A DNA stretch of 64,000 nt from Bigelowiella natans CCMP2755 (taxonomy: Eukaryota > Protista > Cercozoa), in NCBI GenBank assembly GCA_000320545.1, contig ADNK01003121.1, forward strand, positions 20,062 through 84,061. Reading direction: 5' to 3'. Both the position numbers and the translations under genes were made by a program. The notes beneath the pieces were generated by a model, which saw only the letters and a list, made by a program, of their open reading frames with translations, was not told where the DNA came from and did not search any database. Of this stretch, positions 53,897 through 64,000 are shown in pieces; position 1 is the first letter of the stretch, and each line of letters starts with the position of its first letter.

Positions 53897-56485
53897 TCAT
53901 TTTTCGAGAGCTTTCATCGTCTTTTTCGCCACAAACGCGGTACGACTGGCACGTCTAGTACCTGCAAAACAGAATTGTAGTAGTTGTGATGATTCAATGC
54001 ACACATGCTATCACCTTCGCTCTCTCAGTCTAGTGTGGCGTTTTTTGATCAGTCATGTAGATAGGAAGAATTAGAAATATAATCAGCAGCATGTTGAATC
54101 GAAAGAAAGATGTCACTCACGAACAAGTCTTCTGCTAGGATTTATCTCCATGTTATGTTTTTACGTGTTAGTTTATGCACCAGAACTAACACATTTGCCG
54201 GGCATTTTCAAAGTTTCATTACTTTGGTTTTTTGGGGATATATTTTTCTTCCCAGCACGAATTTGTGATACTTTCTTCGTAGCTTTTGCTTTCTTCTCAG
54301 ATGTTGGAGCAACCTTCGAGCTACGCATAGAATTTTTGCCTGCAGGTGAAGCACTTCTAAATCCTAATACAACGTTGAACAGAAGATATAAATAGGATAT
54401 TTAACATCCAAAGTGAGACGTGTCGTCGTGTCTTTATCATGCAATATGAATATATGTCACCCAAATAGACAAAGTATCAGGATATCATCATCATCATCAT
54501 CATCATGATATGATGTTAATGCTGGTGAGACCGAATTCAAAGCCTAGAGAGTGTTCATCCACTTCCACTTGATAATAATCTACGAAGGCTGGTACATGTT
54601 GCCTACTAACTCTAACTCTAACGTCGTGATTACCTCGGGTAGCAGCCTTGGAAGGAGTACGTGACGTAGCAGCAACAGCAGCACTATCTTCACCTTGCCT
54701 TGTTGGACGGGGGTCCATTGCGTTTTTGCTTCCTCGCCTCGGAAGATTGGGTTGACTATCCTGCAGATTCTCTGTGCTACAGCAACAAAAGAATGATGCG
54801 ACAAAACCTCTGCTACTTTTATTATTACCACCACCACTTCTCTTTCTTCCCCGGAGTGTTGTAATCAGATCATCACGTTCAGCAACCATTTTCTTAAGCA
54901 TTTCAATCTCATCTCTTAGTTTGAGAATGAGGGCATCCTTAGGGTTCATGTTTTTCCTTGCATTGTTCTTGATCATTTTAGCTCGAGTAGCATATTGCAG
55001 GGTTGATATTGTTTCATTCACGTTCCGATCGCACTGATAAAGAGCAGACTCCTTCTCAACAGAGATATTATGAAAATGGAAAGCACTGATTACCCTGCCC
55101 TCCTCCCCTTTGTATCTATCTCTCATTTCCTTCATTTTTTTATTTTGGTAGTCCTTGTGAATAGAACACCACTCTACTACAATGTGTCGTTGTGCGTTAA
55201 TAAAATAGATACTATGTTTGTAAATCCTCCCTATATTTCTAACGATCGTGGATATGTGAAAAATGTGCGTGCGTGTGTGTCTGCGTTTAAAACCGGGTTA
55301 ACATTAGCAATCATGAGCGTGTGTGCGTTTCCTCCCAACGAATCACACAACAGCTTTGTTAGTGCAGACTCACGATATGGAACAAACGGTTTCTTTCCGT
55401 CTAGAGATGGAATATGCATCATTATGGTTTGTTCAGAAAGCATAGTAGTAGTAGTTGTTGTTGTTGTAGTAGAAGCTAATGGATGGTAGTAGTGATAGTT
55501 TACAAAGAGAAGAAAAATCGAATAGTATATCAGATCCTTGCATCCCAAAGCCGAACAACGGGTAGGTACCCACATTGTTTAACACATTACATTCGTTCAA
55601 TTATATCACGTGAATTTTAGTCCTAGGAGTCATTGTCGCATATATCACGCTGCTTGAGTTCTCTATTATCATCGTCATGTCCGTAGTTTTAGTACATGCG
55701 CTACTACTACTACTACTATCTTACTACCTTTCCTGATCGATGTCAGAGCTGATATCACATTCCCAAGCGTGTTGAGCGAGAGGTTGATGCTAGCACTCTC
55801 CTTTTGCCTCGCTGCAGATTGGTTTTGAAATCTTTCTGATCCTGCAAGATCTACCTGTTGTATGAGTATGAGTATGAGTGATAATGATACCGTATTATCT
55901 CCGTGATCCACTCCACAGAACAAATACTATACTCACACGCACAAGTTGCAAATCCGCTCTTTGAAGCAAGGCACTAATTCAAATGCTCTCTTCGTTCCCC
56001 CCTTCCCCCCCCCCCCCCTCCCCCTCACTCCATTGTCCTACCAAATTTAGCTTCGATGACACCACACTCATCAAATCTTCCTCTGTAGGCGATCCTCTAG
56101 TAGGTAATTAATAGAAGTGTGAGTTGCAAGCAGTCTAGGGCCTTCCTTCTTTGTTCTTTAGAATACATATAATAGTAATAATAATAATAATAATAATACA
56201 TGATAATGGGTTGCTGTCGCCCTACATCTACTACTACTACTGCTACTTCTAATACCACCACCACCTTTCAAGATATAGAGAAAGAATACTATGTGAGCGA
56301 CTCGATGTTGCATTTTGATTTGTAGCCGCAACAGTTCGACGCTTTCATTTCCAGTTGTTGGAGAATTATTTGTACAACAAAGTGTGTGAATGAATGAATG
56401 AATGAATGAATGGGCAGATAAATAGTCATCACGGTATGTATGCACAGTCAAGATCAAAAGAAAAAGGAAAGGGAGAATCATGGAA

Positions 56486-56522
<37 letters not shown>

Positions 56523-58745
56523 TAAATCATAATTAGAAACTATATTTAATTATTTTCTGTACTGGTGGGGAGGGAATATCGTTGGTCGCGCAGGGGAGTA
56601 ATCAGTATGGTTATAAGGATAAGCGAGCACATACTCATCATCATCATTATCGTGATGATGATGATGATGATAATAAAAAAAAAACGTGACTACAATGATT
56701 GGAAGTTAGCGTCGTTCATTGTAGAAGCCGATTTACATTGCAGTCATGAGTCTCTCATCACAAAGCTGTAGTATTATTCAAAGTTCTCCTTACTTCATTT
56801 CCGAAGCTGATAAGGTCTTCCACTTGCTCCACGCAAGTAACAAGATGCTTTGTCAACTAGAATGAGAGGGGAGGGGGGAAATAGCAAACATGTTGTCTGA
56901 GACGTCACCATCTACATTAGAGCTAATGCTACACAAGTGGGGATTTGATGGTGCTTATGATGCCGAGGTTGCTACTACCTGTGGAACGAAGAACCCTCCT
57001 GCTCTTTCCTGTCTAATCCGTAACCCACTCTTAGAATCTAAAGGCTGCGCCTCTTTGCTCAACAAGTCCCTAACCTAATCACGTCAATGTGAGACTAATC
57101 AATGCGTGAGCATGATGATACTAATGATGATATTATGATAATGACTATCTTGAGTATAAAGAACAACTAGAGATTACTAATACAGGGGGAAAAGACAATA
57201 TTGGAAGACAATAAATGACAATAAGTGTTGAGAATCCCAATGATTGAATAAATAATGTTCTCTTATACGATACACGACTAGGACATTACATGGAATGATT
57301 CATTTTATCAGTTCTTCTATATTTCTCGGAACTGTTATTATATGTTCCTCATGCTGCTGCTGTATAAGTATTGTAACCCAACTACCATCACAACCACTAC
57401 CACCATCGGTACTGCCTACTACCTGCTACCTTTTCATTATAAATTTCGAGGAAGGACACCATTACTACAAACTTGGTATTATCTTGAGCGGACGTTGTAG
57501 TTATATGCTGCAATAGGGCATGTTAGCATTAACTCAGGAGGAGGAGGAGGAGGAGGAGGAGGAGGAGGAGGAAGAGGATGAGGGGGAAGAGTAAACAATT
57601 GGATGCAAGCAAATTGTTGCCAAATGAAATTGTAAGTGATGTCGAGTTGACGTCCCCATTCTACTCTCTGCGATATTGATATAGGAATAAATTGATTGAA
57701 TATCATCTACCGTGTGGTAGATAATATTCTTATGTGAGTGAATGATGATGCCTGGGGCTGACTTCGTATATTTGCTTGATTGCTCTAGGTGTAACTCCTA
57801 ATTGCGATTCATCATAATCCTGAAGAATAATTTATCAACATAGGTGTGAGATGACAAAGAAGGCTCCAATATGATACTGCTGCTGTTGCTGCTACTGCTG
57901 TGAATTTAGCTTCTGACAGAATTTGATTTAACTGAGCCTATCATTATTTTGTGGTCTCACACCTCCTTTTTTTCTTCTCTACATCATTGTCGCAACAGTT
58001 GAACGGAACTACGAAAATATGCAAACGCACATCCTTTCTCCCCATCATCGTGTGAGTCTTCCCGCTTGAAGTTTGGCCATATGCGAAAATAGTCGAGTTA
58101 AATCCCTAAAGAAAAATACAGCGAAGATAGGAAAGAAACAAACTAGTAAGGCTTATAGATATAGTCGTCAATTTGTTTGCCTTGAGCCAACGACTTTGTG
58201 CATAGGCTATTCATACTACGATTTTTAACACTTGTTTGAGAACAACCAACCTCAAGGTATCGGGCAATCATTGGCTGAACTGCTTTATCATAAACCTAGC
58301 AGTAGTAGTAGTGCGGCGATGATAATAGATTATGGCAGTACATGCAGCTGGATAATATGAAACATGTTAAGACCTCTTCTTGTTTTGATTTCTTTGAAAA
58401 GACGCTATCGAAGTCGAATTTGCGCCAAGATGACGTGTCATTCTGAGGCAACGAGTAATTATCATTTACTCTTGTAGACCTTTAGGATATGATCATTATG
58501 TTGTTCTTTCTTAATATCAATTTGTACCAGCTTGCATCCACGATTTTCATCGCACACTCGAATGCTACAGTCAGCATGAGACGCCTCAACAACGTTCTTG
58601 CATTCCTACAGCGAGTATGTGTTTCAAGTATTCGTACAAGCTGATCGAAAGTAGTTACCTTGGATTCACTACGAATAAAAGGCCTACACCTCACAACTAC
58701 TCGTACAGCAGCTGCTTCTCTCCCGTCGTTAGTAGCAGCCACCAT
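53897..58745 (-). CDS. N-terminal-motor kinesin
   Basis: VRVVVRCRP; [20 protein letters not shown] (P-loop); SSRSH; VDLAGSER; [15 protein letters not shown]; [18 protein letters not shown]; [17 protein letters not shown]; coiled coil. 3' end approximate. Confidence 0.93.
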
Positions 58746-58941
58746 CCCTGCCGGGAAAATCTGTAATACTCTCCTTGAGAACAGCTAATCAATGAACATA
58801 TCTCTGCAAGGAGGAGGAGGAGGAGGAGGAGGAGGAGGAGGAGGCTACTGGACTAAATAACGGCAAGGTAGTCGTCTGACGACGGTAGCCACCGTCTACG
58901 GCACAAGCACAAATCTGAAGGAATTTGGGCGAATTTCGACG

Positions 58942-59054
58942 TGCGACAACATGATAAGCTTGTCGCCCAAGGACTACCAGACAACTACGGAATCAATTAC
59001 GTTGAAGAAAAGCATGCTAATTTCAACATGCGACAATACTTTTTGATTGTCGCC
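58942..59054. promoter_or_regulatory. Two copies of the spaced palindrome GCGACAA-N10-TTGTCGC in the divergent kinesin/pseudouridine synthase promoter
   Basis: 58943-58966 and 59030-59053: identical arms, identical 10-nt spacing, unrelated spacers. Function inferred. Confidence 0.5.
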
Positions 59055-59136
59055 TATGCAGTAGGTGAAAGATGACTCATAACGAGGAACCCCGAGTTAC
59101 CCCCCTCAATTGCTGAACGATGTATTGGCTTAAGGA

Positions 59137-60420
59137 ATGAAAAAATCGTCATCGATTAAAAGCAAGAATCCACGGGACGTTGATGATGTGAAGATCCATC
59201 GTCCCTCCCTTCCTAAACGCCTCAGAAGTCGTCTCATTCATCTGCTGCTATAAAATGAATACTTAGTTCGTATACTTTGCAAACATAATACGTATTTATA
59301 CTCACTCATCCTTCTAAGCCTTGCTCCCTTTAATTTAATATTATGGTTCAAAGTGACTGCACATCTTAAGGGTGCTGTTCGTTCTTGCTGCAAACAATTT
59401 CTATGGTAGGAGGGGGGTTGGATAATAGTACACGCGACAACAGCAGCATTGGTGATGGCCTCAAGGAATTTAACGACACTACTGACAATGTCCCTGACAT
59501 CGAGATAGTTTACTTGAGATCTGGACATATATGTGTCGTTGATAAGCCACATGACGTCTACATTGAAGGTGTTGTCCACACTTAACTATTATTGTATGCA
59601 TGTATATGGTACATCATCTTCTCGAATCAGGCAGAATACTATACAAACGGATCCTCGAATATCTATCACCACGACAGATTGATTGATTTTCAATTTTATA
59701 CATTTGTTACTATCTCTCCAGTCATCTGCTCCCCTTGTTGATATTCATCTTACTATCTGCACGGTTATGTGTGTTATGGAACTTCTGCTCACTACTGCTA
59801 CCACTACAACTCACGGCATGCTACCTGACAGCTGCTTGTGTCCTTATTATCACGTAGGTAACAAAAGTAACGCTACCGTAATTCAGATGGCAAAGGTAAG
59901 CCATATTCTTGATAATACAACAACAATTACATATAATGTGTAAGTACTATCGTCGCGTTTTGGCGTGCCATTGAGTCCCTCCCCCCTCCCTTTCGGGTAC
60001 AGCAAACACAAATTTCTCACAATTATTGTGAGGAAGATGATGGAGGAGGAAGTGGTTAAACATTAATACAATATGAATTTTGATATAGTTACAGTATATG
60101 TGATGATATTATCCTTCGCATACATTAGAGAAAGTTGCAGCAATTGCATCGCAGCGCCCACGACAGCAGTACCAGTAAGCCAACAGCTGAAACAGGAAGA
60201 GCTTCTTCCCCATGCATGATCAACTCTTCAAAGTCATCATCAGCTTCTTCATCAACAGCAGCAGCATCATCGTTATCAGCAGACAAGCAATACAAATACT
60301 TCCACTTCATGAACCGACTAGACTTTGCTACTAGCGGGATCATGGCGTTGGCGCTGAGCAAAGAGGCAGCTGCATCCGGGACTGAATGCTTCCAGAATAG
60401 AAGAGCCAATAAAGTCTATG

Positions 60421-60457
<37 letters not shown>

Positions 60458-63456
60458 TAGTACCTAGTATTAATATGTTCTGTAGTTGCTAGATCTGTAA
60501 GAATGATGATGATGATGATGATGATGATGACGAAGCACTAGTGATAATACTAAAGTACACTAGGATGTTTATTATATAATTATTAATATTATTATCATTA
60601 ACCACAAGCATGTGCAAGTACACCTCCGTAATGAAATTCAGCAATCTAGACTACATAGAGTAATTCTCACACAATATTATATATTATCTTGGTTTTGTGT
60701 GTTGTGACGTGACAGTCGCAGTCGTAGAGGGACACGTGCCGTTGTCGTGGGATCATGGTTGCTTGTGTTCGTGTTGTATGTACATGATGGTGAAAATGGC
60801 ACTAATAGAAGCAACAGAATTTACATTTTTTTTGTAAAATTATAACTATTCGTTAATATCCATTACGGTTATAATACACCATCATCATTCTTCGTGTCTT
60901 CTTCTAGGCATCTTTGTGGATCATCCACTCGTGCAAAGCCCGGAAAATAATTTTACACAGATGATTGTAAGTGCCGCAGTAGAAAGAAATAATATCTAGT
61001 AAGTATGATGATGTTCTTCACCTGTTTTAAGTGGTGTTGTTGTGTTGTGTTGATATTATAATGAAATAGGGCAATACATCTCTACCTGGGCGTCCTTGTT
61101 TGACTCAAATTGTAGCAGTGGAGAGGAGTTTTTTGAAAGGAGGCCATAAGGTACTTGTTCAAAGTATGTATGTGTATGTATATGTATGTATGTATGTATG
61201 TTGTACCAGCTCTCTTGAGAACAAAACAAGTAGTTGACCACACAGCTATTAATAGACTTTTAAACTATAACACCGATAACTACGACGAGGAGAAGGAGGA
61301 GTAAGGAGAAGATGTTGACATTCATGATATCATAGATCATCATCATCATCATCATCATCATGATGTGTGTGGTATGGTAGCAACCCATGGTAATAGTACT
61401 TGTTTTTTTGTTGACACAATATTCATTATTATTATCCATCATTATTAAGGTCTCTAAAGTGTTAGTATGGCTTCGATCCGGCCGTCGTCATCAAATCAGA
61501 GGTAGTATTCCTATATGATGACTACAAGAAGAAGAAGAAGAAGAAGAAGAAGAAGAAGACGACGACGAAGGAGAATCAATAGCCTCTCTAAATGCCATCA
61601 GTAGTACCGCAACAGCTGCATGATTTGAGGGAGTTACTAAGTCAATTAGTGATAATGACATCATCCTCTTGAAGATACATATTGATAGTTCCAATCCATT
61701 TTCTCTTCGCGCTCGTTGCCACTTTTCTCCCCCCCCCCCTCTTCCGCATCATCCTTCCCCTCCCCCTCCTCCTACTCCTCCTCCTCCTTTATTTTCCAAT
61801 AAAGGTGTGTCTAAGATACTACTCATACTACTACTACTACTACTACTCCCGCTACTACCCATAACCCTAATATATCATGCCCACCCCCCTCCCCCACCTT
61901 TCATTAATAACAGTGCATCTAGCTTCGATGGGGTATCCGATTGCTGGGGATGTTTCTTATGGGTAGCAATCATCAGTCACCGACTACTACTTCTTCTATT
62001 ACGACTATTATTACTATTATTAATAAGTCATAAATGTACTACTACCATTCTCTAAAATCATCCCTCCCTATCTTCTTTCTGTAATGTAGAAGAAAAAGAG
62101 AGAGGTGATTACTTTTTAATAATAGCTAGGTACTGGTTCTCTTTATCCAGCTTTATCATCATCATTTCTCAGGATACTTTATTTTACTAAAGTATTGAAG
62201 CTTTGCCTTAATGATCGCTATTGTCTTTGTGTTACAAAGGGGCTCGGAGTTGTCCAAATCTCTACCCAGAATGTGCCTCCACGCATGGAAGCTTATCATG
62301 CATCTTGCCAACAACACAAGAACTCTCAGTAATAAAAATAATAACAATATTAGTAATATTAATAATAATAATAATAATAATAATCGATACAAACATGATC
62401 ATCATCACCATCATCGATCTGGTGCATTTTTACTGAAACTTAATGGCCGAATGGATTAGAGCAAAAAAGAAGAGTGCGGAAGACAATATGATGCTGATAT
62501 TCATATATGGAACCAAATTGTTTGTATTTGACAACGATGTGTATACTACTACTACTAATTGTGGCAAATAAATGTGCAAAACTATACTGTTGGTACAGCC
62601 AAACGAAGCTACAGCTCCATACGCTTTTCTACGGTTGCCTGTGAGTCGAAGGACCCCTTTATGGTGATCATATCAGCAGCAAACCAGCTCCTAATAATAC
62701 ACACCCACACATCACAACATCAAACATCACGCATAATCATACTCATACTTACTACTCGCACAAAAATCAAGCTAGCTCTTCTATGTGGGAGAAAACAATG
62801 GAAAGCAGAAGAATGAGCTGCATGATATTAAATCACGAATATTTGTGCTCAAATATGAATACTTGTACCTCCTCCTTACCATCATGAGAGATGGATGCTG
62901 CCCACACACACCTTTTTCTCTCTCGCTGTTAATACTCCGCTACTAGCTCCTCACCCCTCCCCCACTTTATTGATAAACACATCTTCTTCTTTCACATAAA
63001 TCATAATTCATTTCTACGATATTTTTCCAGGATCACTTTGGTTTCGAGAGGACTTTAAACGAGACGTCGTTAGATGTGGCTGCTGCTGCTGCTGCTGTGG
63101 CTACTGCATTTGGTATTAGAAAGAAGAAGGGGGAGGAAGGGGAGAGGAAAGTATACGAGAAGAAGATAGAATATTATGAGCATGAGCTTCCTGCTGCTGC
63201 GCCATTAAAGACGACGATGGGAGAACACACAGCACCACCAAAACCACCAGCACCGCCACCAGCAGCAACAGCACCTTTAGCTTCGATATCATCGGTTCCA
63301 GAAGGAGGTCCTTTTAGAAGCGTCATAAGGTGGGAGAAGATGATGTGCGATGGCTGGCAGTATAGTCAGCATCAGCACCAGCACCAGAGCACTAACTCCC
63401 ACCAGCCTGAAGAAGATCATACAAATGCTGCAACTTGCTCAAGTAAGGAGTTGTAG
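59137..63456 (+). CDS. RluA/RPUSD-family RNA pseudouridine synthase
   Basis: IVY....ICVVDKP; FMNRLDFATSGIMALA (catalytic Asp); KVY.AVVEG; SGRRHQIR; ASMGYPIAGD; PRMCLHAWKL; KDPF. Confidence 0.9.
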
Positions 63457-63478
63457 CTATGTTGTGATATAGATTATG

Positions 63479-63514
<36 letters not shown>

Positions 63515-64000
63515 TGATATTTGTGATATACCATCACAGCAGCAGCATCATTTGTAGTTACTACCGTCGTATTTAGAGCAATCAACAAATACTATTAATG
63601 CATTTAGTAAATACACAAGAAGAAAAAGAAGAAAAAGAAGAAGAAGAAGAAGAAGAAGAAGAAGAAGCACTTCTAATCATGTGTTGTTTCCTTTATAGCA
63701 ACATAGCTGCTCTTTCTCTAACTCCCCCCCCTCCCCCCACCCCCCTCTCTCTCTGTCACTTTCTTTCTCTTTCTTCCACACACATTCTTGCTACATTTGT
63801 GAAATGATGCCAGACATCGATAAGCACATATTTTATTTGCTATTGGCTGCTGCCTTTATACTGACTCTTATGATTCTTTTCTTTTGGTTGTATTAATTTG
63901 ATAATTATGATATTATCAAGATACTACAACTACTACTAGTAGTAGCTCGCCATATATTTTCCCCATGTGTGGCGTCCACCGCACCTGCACGGTACAGATC

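Noticed and set aside
60309-60325. NRLD instead of HRLD in the pseudouridine synthase
   Set aside because: Catalytic Asp is intact and this variation occurs within the RluA family.
1-64000. Many short ORFs with poly-CV, YI, HT, ER, L, S or M runs
   Set aside because: Translations of intronic microsatellites, not genes.
1-64000. CRISPR arrays, rRNA, tRNA, prokaryotic operons
   Set aside because: No repeat-spacer arrays or recognisable rRNA/tRNA sequence seen; the gene structure is spliceosomal.

Overview
Eukaryotic nuclear DNA from an intron-dense protist-like genome whose introns are full of microsatellites; the lineage cannot be fixed from this window. Manual exon stitching gives about 14 protein-coding loci: a partial EF-hand gene, a Ser/Arg/Pro-rich protein, a multi-EF-hand protein, an orphan CaaX-terminated exon, a secreted Reeler/carbohydrate-binding-like protein, a DUF212 protein, cap1 2'-O-methyltransferase CMTR1, mitochondrial calcium uniporter MCU, an HMG-box protein, CTR9, a DHHC-family acyltransferase, a StyC-like membrane protein, a kinesin and an RluA-family pseudouridine synthase. 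Most sit in head-to-head pairs. The strongest signal is non-genic. Islands of non-LTR retrotransposon remnants and other degenerate DNA (about 17.3-17.7, 37.4-38.5 and 51.3-53.8 kb) have lost almost all TpA dinucleotides, apparently by TA->TG and TA->CA substitution on both strands, while TA inside CTAG survives. This looks like a repeat-targeted, RIP-like hypermutation system running in the opposite direction to fungal RIP. The largest island also holds a U6 snRNA copy fused to a LINE 3' tail (a U6-LINE chimera or U6-headed SINE). Gene boundaries are hand-derived and approximate, and dinucleotide counts are by eye.
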